From Utricularia gibba (Eukaryota > Plantae > Magnoliophyta): a stretch of DNA of 64,000 nucleotides. Of this stretch, positions 44,694-57,501 are shown one piece after another. A program made the position numbers and the translations under genes. The DNA lies in contig CM007991.1 in the NCBI GenBank assembly GCA_002189035.1, positions 4,340,001 through 4,404,000 of the forward strand. The letters run 5' to 3'. The notes below the pieces were generated by a model that was not told the origin of the DNA, made no database searches, and saw nothing but the letters and a program-made list of their open reading frames with translations. How positions within the stretch are numbered: the stretch's first letter is position 1; each line of letters begins with the position of its first letter.

Positions 44694-45401
44694 GGGCTTT
44701 CTGCTTCACTTTCCTAGTTGCCCTTTTTGTGGCGTTCGTGGTTTCTTTTGAAGAAATAAGGAGTTTGTTGACGTTTCAGCGTTCCATAATCTTGTTGCTG
44801 TATGGAAATGCTGCAAGTTTTCTTTCTTAATTTTCCTTCGAAAAAGGTTTTGACTGAAGATCCATGACCAGCATCCGACCGCCACCCGGACCTCAAACCT
44901 AAACTAATACGTAGATAGATGGCTTCAACGTGGATTAGGTTAGGACCCTGACCCAGACAAACTTTCGACCAAGAGCCTGTGCGCCCACTTGCAAGAGTCG
45001 TCATTCTACGAAACCAGCCGGTTAAAACAGTTGTCTTTTGTTTCTTCTCGTTATGAGGAACGATTGTACTCGGAAATGAATGGTGGTGAGCAGTCCACTT
45101 CCTCCATCCTGTCTCCTACCATTCTTCATCTTCCCCTCCGCAGCAAAAATGTTAATATTAGCTCTGCGTGCGACATTTTTCTTTTTTTATTGATATCTTT
45201 TGTGATTGGCATTGATTCTTCACGAGTTGGGAAGGTTCTTTTCGTGGGGTATGTTTTCTTTAACTCCATAAATCTCTTCCCCACGGCCGCATTCATTTTT
45301 TTTCTGTAACACGCCTCGCCTTCTTTCCATATCTATTCTCTTGTGTATTTTGCGTGTTTGCAGAACTTCTGTGCAGTTTTTTCATCTGCTGGTTTGTGGT
45401 G

Positions 45402-47050
45402 ATGACGCCAAGTTTGTTGTTTCCTTTGAGATGGGAAAGTACCGGAAACAGATGGTGGTTTGCTTCTCCTATTGATTGGGCTGCTGCAAACGGGCACTAC
45501 GATGTAGTTGAGGAGCTTCTTAATCTTGATCCTAATCTTCTGATTAAATTGACCTCTCTTCCCAGAACGCGAAGGCTTGAGACTGTGTGGGACGATGACG
45601 AGAAGCTCGGTGATGTTGCCAAGTGCAGGGCAAAAGTGGCCTATCACCTTCTTCATGAAAGTGAGACGAAAGAAGGATATAAATCTTTGATAGCCGAGGG
45701 TGGCTGCGGCGGCTGGATACTGTATACCGCGGCGGCGTCCGGTGATGTGAATTTTGTTAAGGAATTGTTGGATAGGAACCCTGCTCTGGTGTTTGGAGAG
45801 GGCGAATACGGGGTTACTGATATGTTTTACGCCGCTGCTAGGAGTAAAAATTATGATGTTTTCAGGGTTTTATTCGAGTACTCTGCTTCTCCGATGGGGC
45901 GGCTGGTGGATGAGTCCTCCGTTTTCCTATCGGAACTGGTGAGCAGAGGTGTTCACGCGGCCGCAAGAGGCGGTGGTTTGGAGATCCTGATTCAACTTTT
46001 GGGTGAGTACGGCGACCCTCTAACTTTCAGAGATGCCTACGGCTCAACTCCCCTGCACTCTGCAGCCGCCCAAGGACAAGTTCAGGTACACCCCACATGA
46101 CTTGTCGAGATTGACCTGATCAAGTGCGTCTTTTAAACCCAATGTCATTTTTCGCATTCCCCTCAGATAGTGAAGTATCTGATATCCTCAGACGACAGCA
46201 TCCTTAACTCTGTTGACGACCAAGGAAACACTGCTCTGCATGTGGCTGCATTCTTCGGACACTACCCAGTCGCTAAACTTCTCCTGTCTGCATCCCCGTC
46301 ATCATCTTCGGTTACCAACAAGAAGGGGATACTTTTCTCCACCAAGTGTTTTCCGGGTTCGGATCACAGAATTTCCGATGCCTCGACCGGCAAGTCGACC
46401 TAACGGAGCAGCTGATCAACGGGCACAGCCTGGAGGAGGTGATTAATGTCCAAAACAAGGATGGAAGAACACCTGTCCACATTGCTATCATGAATCCTGT
46501 TCCAGCCCATCTCTTTGATCTCGTCATGTCCATTAGGTGCATCAATCTCTACATTCGAGATAATGCCGGGAAGACTCCTCTTGATCTTGTAAAACGACGG
46601 CGTAACTCGACATCGTCGTATGGGTTGATCCGCAGAATGGTTTCACTGGGCGGGGTTTCGTACGCTTGGAATGAGGACGCCAGCATCATCATTCCGGGAA
46701 GCCGTTTCAGAATCCCTGATGCAGAGATATTTCTCTACTCTGGAGCCGAGGCATCAGGCCCTTGTAGCAGCGGTTACACCAGCGCAGACTCCATTGTTTC
46801 ATCGCCGCCAAGACGTACGAATCTGTTCACCAGAACGAGCAGTCAGCTGAAGAGCTTTCTCCTCGGGCCACAGAGAAAAGCGGGCGTTTCAGAGACCGCC
46901 TCCCGGAAATCGCAGGGAAGCTGCAAAGGGAGTGCAGTTCCATTGAGACAGCAGTTCGGAAGAGCGTCTTCTCTTCCGACGAATAAGAGGGTCAAAGGAG
47001 ATGCGCCGATTCCGAGGAGTGCGAGCAGGTTCGGGCGAATCCATGAATGA
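45402..47050 (+). CDS. Plant ankyrin-repeat protein with one apparent 1-bp deletion
   Basis: Exon 1 45402-46085, exon 2 46167-47050. Motifs WESTGNRWWFASPIDWAAANGHYDVV, LYTAAASGD, TPLHSAAAQGQ, GNTALHVAA, GRTPVHIA. An extra G in G4 46325-46328 restores KKGDTFLHQVFSGF, joining the two ORF halves. Confidence 0.88.
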
Positions 47051-47898
47051 GACTTGTGTATTATTGTGTGGAAATTTGTAATGGATGAATATGAATTATA
47101 AATTTATTCACAAATTATACTAACGATTTTTATTTATTAAACAAATTAGTTTCATGGGGGGCAGTGGGTGGACCCATCCCTTTAAATATGAAAATTAGGG
47201 CCTCAATCTCAGGGCTATAAATATGTTTATGGGTCCAAAATAGTAAGGGCCGAGAGGCTGTTTGACTGGAGGCCCAAGATGCTGATGGTCTTGAAACAAG
47301 CCCATGGGAAAATTGGAGAAAAGATGCCTCATGAGTTGGACTAGCATTTCCCACCATTTATCTGAACTATTCACCATATTTGATTGATGAGTTTCTATAG
47401 GTTTTAATGGATAGAGGTATATATTTGGTGTGTTTGTTATTAAATACATGAAAAAAAAAATATCATAATTTTCTTGTGAAAAGGAAAAAATAAATTCTAG
47501 GAAGCAAATGGATAGAAGTATTTCTCTTTAATTAAACTTACACATAATTCTTAATAAAAATAAACCAATTCATTTCTTTATTTTAAACCAAACATGGCCT
47601 CATTGTACAATAGAGTAGGGAAAATACTGCTTCAGATTCTATAATTAGTTGGGGTGCTTACCTTATCAATGGATAAGAAAGTCTGCAATCAAAACGTTGT
47701 AATTGGTATCCGAAAGATACTTTAGATAGGATATCAAAATTTTCACTCATGATCACACCTATGTTAACATGATGCTTACAAGGTTTGAGGGAAGCATATT
47801 AATGTGCTGCAGTCTTCATGAATGTCCAATTTTAAACAACTTGCTAAATGGAGATCATGAGGATGTGGAAGTGTAGTTAGCAGTCCTATCGAGCAATG

Positions 47899-48092
47899 TG
47901 CTGAAACACGTGGTTGCATGCCTGTGCATTACCATTGTACTTAGCGGTTGTAACCGCTATGACTGTAAATAAAACTCAGCTACTTAAGTTGGGACAAACA
48001 CACTTTTCGTTTTTGAATTTTCAAACCTTCACTTCGTTCTTGATTCTTGATTCCGCCTGCTTGAATCCAAGTACCAGATTCCGGTTTGAACA
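47899..48092 (+). repeat. Copia 5' LTR (194 bp)
   Basis: TGCTGAAAC...TTTGAACA; 10 substitutions versus the 3' LTR by manual alignment. Confidence 0.95.
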
Positions 48093-48110
48093 TGGTGCGG
48101 TGAGCGTGGA
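48093..48110 (+). promoter_or_regulatory. Primer binding site complementary to tRNA-Phe(GAA)
   Basis: TGGTGCGGTGAGCGTGGA directly abuts the LTR and is the exact reverse complement of the 3' end of plant cytosolic tRNA-Phe (...TCCACGCTCACCGCA-CCA, recalled sequence). Confidence 0.85.
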
Positions 48111-48146
48111 GGCACCTCAGGCTATCAGAGATCTTGATCATCCATA

Positions 48147-51100
48147 ATGGCAGAGAATCTCCTCGATCCTGTTCCAGTTGGTTTTGGGGGAGGAGCATTC
48201 ATTGACCGCTCGGATCCACTAATCTTGAGTGGATCAGATCATCCGAATATTGCTCTGGTTAACTCTCCCCTAATAACTCTCAACTACTTCGAATGGCGCC
48301 GCAATGTGCGCTTGACGCTTGGATCGAAGAATAAATTGGGGTTCATCGACGGTGAGATTCCCTGTCCTCCGCCTTCCGATCCAAAGCATAATATGTGGAT
48401 TCGCAATGACTACATGATGATGTCTTGGTTACTAAATTCTATCTCTAAGAACCTTGTTTCCAATTTTAACAATGCCTCTAGTTCCCGTGCTTTGTGGATT
48501 TCCCTTCAGAATCATTATGGTCGCTTGAATCATGGCCTATTCTACCAGATTCAGCATGATCTTTATCATCTGAAACAAGGAAATCTCTCAATTGCTAAGT
48601 ATTACACTAAGCTCAATGGATTATGGACAGATTTGGAAACGGTTACACATGATATTAAATGTCATAATTGCTCTGCTCATATCACCATGGCAAGCTTCTT
48701 CGATCCCACTAAGCTTACATAGTTTCTGCGAGGCCTGAACGAAAAATATGAGACTATCAAGAACCAAATAATTGTGATGGATGGGCTCACTATGGATAAG
48801 GCGTACTCCATTCTGTTAAATGTGGAACAAGAAAAGAATAAAGGATCTCTTAGCTCTGGCGATGGCCTTGCCCATGCTGCTATGCCTTCCACCTTCCTTA
48901 CCTCCCAGTTGGGTGATCAAATTGCTTGTCAGATCAACCACAAAAATTCTTCCTCTGGGAATGCCAAACGAAGGGATGGCCGCTACTGTGATCATTGTAA
49001 AAAGCAAGGTCATACATGTGAGAATTGTTTCATTCTCACTGGCAACTATCCCTCGTGGTGGAAAAAGAAGGGACCACCCACTAGTTCTGGTCAAACTAGC
49101 AGTACTTCCACCGTGCAGATTCGTCAACAAGGTCATATGCCACCTTATTCTTATCCCGCAGTGAATTTTGTTGACACACCGGTTGATCATTTCCCTTCAG
49201 ACCCGGCTATCAATGCTTCTGCACCAGCCCTATACTCCATCCAATAGCAGCTTCATGGCCTACAATCTGAATTACGCAGGCTATGTGCACAGTAGCCCTC
49301 CTTTGACTCTGCCAATTCTGTGACACACTAGCATGCTCCCATAAATACGCCACATTTTGTAGGTACAATCCCCTTATCCTTGCATAGTCAGGCAGTTGCT
49401 ATTTTTCCTTGTAAACCATGGGAGTGGATTATTGACTCGGGTGCCACCACTCACATTTGCTTCTCCAATTATAACCTTGAGATGATAAGGGACCTTCGTG
49501 ATGTTGATGTCTCTCTACCTGATGGGACTTAGGCTGCGGTTATGGGGATTGGGAATGTTACTTTGCAGGATAACCTTCAATTGCGCCAGACGCTTTATGT
49601 ACCTTCCTTTAAGTTCAATCTGCTCTCTGTGCATAAGCTGGCAGCTGACCTGCATGACTCCTTTCGCCTACTTGACAATGGTTGGGTTCTACATGACTCG
49701 GTGTCCAATAAAGTGCTAGCAGTCGGTCAGATACGTGCCGGTCTTTACATTTTGGACAAGCAATCTTGGCTGCCACATTTCCGGGTTGCTGCCACCCGAG
49801 CACTCAAGATGGGAGGCGATGCTTCCTTAAGGGCCCTGTTTCGGGTCCTGTGGATCAAACTTTCACTGTTTTGTGGCTCTGTCTTCTGTTAATGAGTCAC
49901 TACTATGGCACTGTCGTTTAGGACACATATCTGAGCATAAGGCAAAGTATATGCGTGGTCCTTGCAACCTCCTTGGGTGCCCCTGCAATATCTGTGAGTT
50001 CTCAAAATTTCAGAGGCCCTGCTTCCCACTAAGTGACTCTGTTGCTCCTCACCCCTTTTATCTCGTCCATTGTGATTTCTGGGGCCCTTATAAGGTGGAA
50101 ACCATACACAGCACGCGGTATTTTCTTACGGTGCTGGATGATCATACACGCAGCACCTGGACCCTCCTATTAACGCATAAGTCAGAGGCTCCAGCACATA
50201 TAGCGATACTGTTCGCACACTTTCGCTGCCATTTTGGTGCTACGGTGAAATATATTCGCAGTGATAAGGGAGGTGAGTTTCTCAATGCTCACATGTGGGA
50301 GTTTTGTGCTCAGTAAGGCATATTACATCAATACTCCTGTACAAATAGAGCACAGCAGAACGGCCGCGTTGAACACAAGCATAAACACTTGCTTGAGGTC
50401 ACTCGGGCCTTATTATTTCAATCCGGTCTGCCGAAGCCCTTTTGGGGTGATGCGGTGCTTACTGCCACATACTTGATCAACCGCCTTCGTAGTGCCATGT
50501 TGCATTGTGATTCAACATTTTCTAAACTCATGGGAACTGCTCCTAACTTGTCCCTTTTAAGGGTGTTTGGTTGCCTCTGTTTTGCAGGCGTTTTGCATCC
50601 ACATGTTGACAAACTGTCACCTCGTGCTCGGAAATGTGTTTTTCTTGGTTACCCTATGGATCACAAGGGCTATAAGTGTTATGACTTGGAATCTAAGGAA
50701 GTCTTCATCAGCCGCGATGTAAAATTTTTTGAGCATGTTTTCCCTTTGAAGGGCCTTACGGAATATGACCATGCCATGGATTCGATCTTGCCTTTCCTCT
50801 CCTTTGATGATGATGATGATGAGGTCCTGCCCTCTGACGTGATGCCTGCCCCCTCGGAGACCGCTTCTGTTCTACCTAAGTCTGCTGCTCCGATGGAGGG
50901 TTCTCTTAGTTCTGATTCTGCTTCAGATCCATTTGCCCAACCCAACTCTGACTCTGCTTCTCAGGCTGTGGTAGAACCGGTGCAACGGCGTAGCTCTCGG
51001 GTCTCCCATCCACCACAATGGATGAGAGATTATGTTGCTCTCCAGGTTCACTCTCACGACTCTCCTACGTTTGAACCTGTTTTTATGCAGGAGGAACCCC

Positions 51101-52688
51101 ACACATATGCGCAAGCCAAAGGGATTCCTGTCTCGAAGGCCGCCATGTCTCAAGAGTTGGAGGCACTCCTTCATAATCACACCTGGACTCTCGTACCCTT
51201 TCCCAGCAGCAAGCACACCATTGGCTGCAAATGGATTTACAAGGTCAAACACAATGCTGATGGTTCTATTGCTCGTCACAAGGCCCGCCTGGTGGCTAAA
51301 GGGTATACACAAGTTGAAGGCATCGATTTTACGGATCGTTTTGCGCCGGTGGCTAAGGTGGCCACCCTTCAGATTCTACTGGCCATTAGTGCTAAACATA
51401 ATTGGCATATCCACCAGATAGACATCAATAACGCATTCTTGCGTGGGTATTTGGATGGGGAAATATATATGGATGTACCTCCTGGTTATACTGTTGCTCC
51501 TGGTCTGGTCTGCAAGCTGCAGCGCTCCTTATATGGCCTAAAACAGGCCTCGTGCCAGTGGAGTATAGAGCTTACCTGATTCCTGAATCAGCTTGGTTTT
51601 GTCCAGTCTCAATCCGATCCGTGTCTCTTTGTCAAGGGCTCTTCTGATGGCCTCTTAGCCTTGTTAATTTACGTGGATGACATCCTCATCGTTGGTCCTC
51701 ACCTTGCTGGAATTCGTGAGCTAAAACAGTAGCTCCATTGTCAATTCACCATCAAAGATCTTGGCCCAGTGAGTTTCTTCCATGGTGTTGAGATGATTCG
51801 TACTTCTACTGGTTTACATATCTCCCAGCACAGGTATATGCTGGATATTGTGCAGAGTGTCAACCTCCATGATTTGCGAGAACAAGGAGCACCTTCCCCA
51901 ATGCCTCGAAACTTCAAATTCGCAGAGGATGGATCCCCACTCTCGCATCCGGATGTCTATCGTGGCCTGATTGGGCGTCTGTTATATCTGAGCTTTACCC
52001 GTCCGGACATCGCTTTTCTGGTGCAGCAGCTCTCTCAGTTCCTGCAAGTTCCAACTGAGAGCCATCTCTCCGCTGCTAAGCGTGTGGTTGCTTATCTCTC
52101 GCAGACACCTACCCATGGTCTTTTCCATCCTGTGGGCGGTGATCTAGAGCTCTCTAGCTGCTGTGATGCTGACTGGGGGGGGGGGGGGCATGTTCTCTCA
52201 CTCGGAAATCCGTCACCGGTTATTGTATGTTTTTAGGCAACTGCCTGGTTTCATGGAAAACCAAAAAGCAGGCAACCGCGTCAAAATCATCTACGGAGGC
52301 CGAATACTGAAGCCTTGCAGCAGCCACGACAGAGTTGCTCTGGATCTCCTATATTTAGCACGATTTGCAGCAGCACTTGGTTACGCCCATTCCCTTATAT
52401 TGCGATAGCAAGTCTGCCATTTACCTCACCTCTAATCCAGTCTTCCACGAGCGGACGAAACACATAGAAATTGACTATCACATTGTTCGTGACCAGTACA
52501 AGAAGGGTTTTTTGGTGCCACGGTCTGTTCCTTCTGCTCGGCAACTGGCGGATGTCTTCACTAAATCGCTCAGTATTTTGCCTTTCCAATCCATTGTGGA
52601 AAAGCTTGGTCTGGCCCCAGCTCCATCATCAGCAGCTCGGAGCGGGGCGTTGGATGATTGTGAAGTCATGCTTGGAGAAGGGCGGTAA
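48147..52688 (+). pseudogene. Copia gag-pol polyprotein, disrupted
   Basis: Gag (LSGSDHPN...WRRNV...KNKLGFIDG; CDHCKKQGHTCENC), protease WIIDSGATTHI (about 49425), LWHCRLGH, integrase (CDFWGPY, IRSDKGGEF, QQNGRVEHKH), RT (CKWIYKVK, KARLVAKGYTQ, YVDD) and RNase H ([27 protein letters not shown]). In-frame stops at 48720, 50314, 51577 and 52308, among others. Confidence 0.95.
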
Positions 52689-52690
52689 GA

Positions 52691-52884
52691 TGCTGAAACA
52701 CGTGGTTGCACGCCTGTGCATTACCATTGTACTTAGCAGTTGTAACTGCTATGACTGTAAATAAAACCCAGTTACTCAAGCTGGGACTAACACACTTTTC
52801 ATTTTTGAATTTTCAAACCTTCACTTCGTTCTTGATTCTTGATTCCGTCTGCTTGAATCCAAGTACCAGATTCCGGTTTGAACA
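52691..52884 (+). repeat. Copia 3' LTR (194 bp)
   Basis: Copy of 47899-48092, preceded by GGAGAAGGGCGGTAAGA (PPT-like). Confidence 0.95.
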
Positions 52885-55800
52885 CAATGTACATCATCAA
52901 TCGATAAGCCTTTTGATTCAACACCAGATACAAATGGAGAAAAAATTTTCTTGGAATAAACACTTCAATCATTCGCAGCTTTTGTGATCATAGTGTATAG
53001 TGTTTTTTTGTAGGAATTGTGGAAGATTGAACTTCTATCATATTCACATAGACCACAACCACACAACTTACTTTTGGTATGTATTGATTATGTCTTGCAA
53101 CCTTTTTTCTTTAAAGTCAGGGCTATTTATTGATTTTGACTAAGCGGAGTGTGAAAATTGAATTGTCACTCAAGGATATGATGACATTCTTCAAAATGGA
53201 GATCCGTGAAAGGGTCACATAAATTACAAATTAATGGTGATTTTTTTTTGGCTTGTTTACAATACAAAATACAAATGTTCAATTTTATAGGATTTGATGA
53301 CATCTTTTAAAGGGTTTGATGCATATATAACTGTTTAATTTTAAAGTACACAAGTATAAGGTATATATGATGGTTTTTATTTCATCAATGGACAATGTTT
53401 TCCATCTTTCAACTTTCGTTAGCGATTTTGGATTTTATAAAATTTTGTTTTTACTTTTCAATTGTGTTTATATGTGAAGATATAAGTGTCTCAACTGAGA
53501 AAAAAAATTAAGAGAGAAAGAAGAAAAAAGGAATGCTCTTGCACATCATTTCATTTCAAGTTCTAATCAATCTGTGTGTCATGCTTTGCTTTACAAAAAA
53601 CATTGCATCTTAGAGTGGAACAATCGGAAGTTGTCAAAGATATCCAACAATTATAATCTTTTATATGATACCTTTTCCATATCACACTCTTTCAAAGGTA
53701 TACAATAGTTACAATGATAAATCTCAAAATTTCCAACATATTTCTTTTTGAAAAAAGTTTGAGAGAAAAACCTATTTCGAAGTTTGATTTTTCATGTGTT
53801 AATTGATATGTGCTTTGAAGAATTTTCATTTTGGGGTAGCTTTGCTTTTCCATTTTCTTTTCTTGCACATCACTTCAAAGTTGTGATATTGTGGAATAGT
53901 GTTAGAAATTGAAACAGTTATCTAATAATACTATTTTTATTTTATTTTTATATTTATTTTTACGAATAGTTTGTACAGTTAAATGTTGGTTTGTATGCTT
54001 AGTTGCATTTTTTGTATATTTAATTAGTAAATATGTGTGTATTATGAAAATAAGTTTAATTGGTAATAATTGAGGTGAAAAGAACATAAATATGTATGGA
54101 TTTTAGCTAAAAAAATAGTTGACTTTTGAAAAAAAAAAGGAGATAGAATATTTTTCTTTTATAACTACACGGAAATGACCAAGATATCACTTTGTTGGAT
54201 GGAAAAGGAAAAGGAAGAGAGAAAGTGAAAAAGAAGAAATTTTCGCCGCCCTATGTTTATGTATTTTTTTATTTTTTTTGTACTTCGCTGTGAACTCAAA
54301 ACCCTACTTAGTACGTCATCTTATTGAATGTATTTCGTTTATACTTTAGCTCTTTGACTTTTAGCTTTCAAGTTTAGTATGATAAATGTTTTAACAGTTT
54401 TTTCCCTAACTTCTGGGTGTAATAAAGTTAAGTTTTAATTTAATATCTCTTTTGAATGATACACAATCTAAATCTTGATGTAAACTTAATAACACGTAGT
54501 TTTCAAATAGTTTTAAATTAGAAAATGAGTGTCGTTATTATATAAAATTAAGATTTTATGAAGTATTTTATTGTTTTTGTAAATGGTCATATAGTTTTAG
54601 AGTTTTATTCCAAATTAAGATTAAATTTACGATTTAGCCCAATTTAAATTTAATTTTATTAATAAAATAATGCAATATATTTTCAATGATCTAATTCCCA
54701 AAAAACTGAAACTACACAAAGTAGAACCTACTCTAAATTAGGTGTAGGAAAATGGAGACAAAAGAAATAAAAAGGTATACCAAACTCTTATTAAAGAATA
54801 AAAAGAAGATTTTTTTTATTAAAAAAAAGGAGAGAGAAGTGGAATGATGAAATCTTTGCATAATCTTAAGATTGTGTTTGGTACATGTATAAATTATATT
54901 AAGGATAAGAAGAAGGGTATATAATATTTTATCACAACCCATCTACTTTTATTATTTTATCTCATATTCATATGATAAATTATGCTAAATATAAATTATG
55001 CTAATTATAATTTATTCCATCTATCATATATCCTATTTTTCTTTTCCCATTTAACTATACCTCTTTATCCTTTTTACCAAACACACGCTAAGAAGTTACA
55101 TGGAATAGAAAGGAGGAGACATCTAAAAAATTCAAAGAACAATGAGGGAGAAGGAGATGAAATCACGAATTCAGTTTACTCAAAAGGATTTGTATAAAAA
55201 ACATTACTTATAATCGAGAATAGATCACATTCAACTTTTCAATCTTTTGTTTTATTTACTACTACTATTTATTTTCTTACTGTTAGACTATCACTTGAAA
55301 CATGTTGTTAATGTTATTTCATGAACTCATTGTATTCATCCTCACAATGATTAACTAAGCACAACGTGGTGATTGGAGATAAAAAAAAGTGAGTATGTTT
55401 ATTGAATATTAGATCACACTATCTAAATAATAGCATGAATTCCTTATAAAATCATGATAGATTTAGGAGAGAAAAATAGTGACATATTATTACCAAATCA
55501 AACTTAAATATAAGTAGACCAATGATTATAAAGTATAAAAACTTTAAATAAACTTGAACTTTTTATTGTGTTTGATGAATGATTAGTTTGAGAGGGATAA
55601 TGATAGTAATGAACATATCATTGCTCAAAGCTTCAAAGTATTCCATTATCTTTCTAAATCGGAAATTGATTTGTCTTGTTAATTGCTTTTATTGTATTTT
55701 ATCGTAGAATTGTGTTAGATTGAACTTAGAGTTAATCATCTATCATGACAAATTAGAATGCATCAACCTTTATGCAATAAGCACCTTGCTTTTTATGTTT

Positions 55801-57501
55801 GACTCCAATTTCGCTATGCTCATATTTGCTAAATGTTTGAATAAATTTTTAAGTTTATTTGATACGAGAAATAACATTTATACAATGATTTGAGAAATTT
55901 CTTGATTATCAAAACCCCAACCAAATTACTTCCTCTTATGTTATTCAAGCATTTCATATACTTTATGCACTCTTTTGATCCTACAACTTGTTTTTTATGA
56001 ACTATTATTTTACAGCTTATACACATAGGAACTAAATTCTTAAAACTCTTTGTTTTTAATAAATATAAAAAACTTGAGGAAATTACATCTATTCCTATGG
56101 TTTTGACTCTTACTTGTAATGCTACATTAATTTTCAAAATTTGTGTAAAAGAATAAGTAAGTTTATAAATTTATTTTGATGATTTGAAAATGCTAAACTA
56201 GAATATTTAACAGGCTTTTTTTTTAATGTTCATCATTCCTTTTGTCCTAGGATATTTAGAAATAAAAAAATTGAGATATATCTTATAAAATAAATTAATT
56301 TTTTATTACATAAAAAGAAAGGGTTTGTTCTGTTTTCTATATTTTATGAATTGATTCTGTTTAGTTTAAAGATTTCAACTTTTATTTGTTCTATAGTAAA
56401 ATAAAAAATTCAGATTATGTGATTAATTTCAGAAATTATTGATTTTTTAAATATCTATTTCAGAGATTTAATAATAGATTAATATAAAAATTATAATATT
56501 TACTTTTTATTAATTCTAAAAATACATTTATATCATAATATCAATTTATACAATAATTTAATATATTAAAATATTTAATATATAATTTATTTTATTAAAT
56601 TATATAATATTATTTTATAATATCTCACAAAACAATTTTACAATATCAAACTGATTTTATTTATATAATTTAAATTGATTTTATTCATATAATCTCAAAA
56701 CTGATTATATTGTCTATAATTTGAATAAAAAATTAAAAAAAGAACAGAACATGCCCAGAATTTGTGTTATCTATATAATCATTTGTTCTTTTTTTTTTCT
56801 TAATAAAGATTTATTTTAACATTTTTCCTAATATAAATAAATTGTAATACGGATCAGTCTCCAACATGTCCAAATCTGACCTGTTCCTTTTTAAATTATA
56901 TATAAAAAATGGACATTCGAATTTTCATGTTTTAAGTTTTTTAACTAATAAAGTGATATTTTATAATATACCATATACAGCTGTCGAAATCTTCAGGCGT
57001 ATTTCTCAGACGCGTACGTGAGTTGATTTACGTTGCGGGTTCTTCATCGCGTCTATCCGGAAGCATTCGCCGCCGGCTGCCCTGTCCACGCTCCGCTCCT
57101 CCCCTCTTGTTGTTGGATTCTTCACCTTATATTTTTCAGGCGCAGCGAGGGAGGCGGCTTGGGAGAAGGGTTTAGGTTCGTCGCCTTTCTATAGGGTTTT
57201 CGAGTTCCCGGGCGCGACTCGTATCTGTCCTTGATCGTAGACAGACCAGAAAGTGTTCAATTGGTTACAGGTTTCGTTGTTTTCTCCGCTTTGATATTGC
57301 CGCTGCGAGATCTGTATTTCAATTTAGTTGGAAAAAATTAGGGTTTCGTTTTATCGTGGAAAAAAAAAAACAGACTATTGCTCCGGGTTTTTAAGCTTAG
57401 GGATTTCATTCTGAACCCCTTTTTAGGCGAGGTAATAATAGGATTGGGGCTTCTTGTTGTTGATTGCAAACACGCGTTGAAACAAAAGCCAGACTTATTC
57501 C

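Larger units (their letters stand above)
47899..52884 (+). mobile_element. Full-length decayed Ty1/copia LTR retrotransposon (Ale/Retrofit-like by size and gag type), 4986 bp
   Basis: Two 194-bp LTRs (TG...CA), 5-bp TSD CAATG (47894-47898 and 52885-52889), PBS at 48093-48110, purine-rich tract before the 3' LTR, and a single gag-PR-INT-RT-RH frame with stops. Confidence 0.97.

Noticed and set aside
52900-56990. AT-rich ORFs and possible TE debris upstream of CDKG2
   Set aside because: Low-complexity F/I/K/L/Y-rich translations; no TIR, LTR pair or protein motif could be supported.
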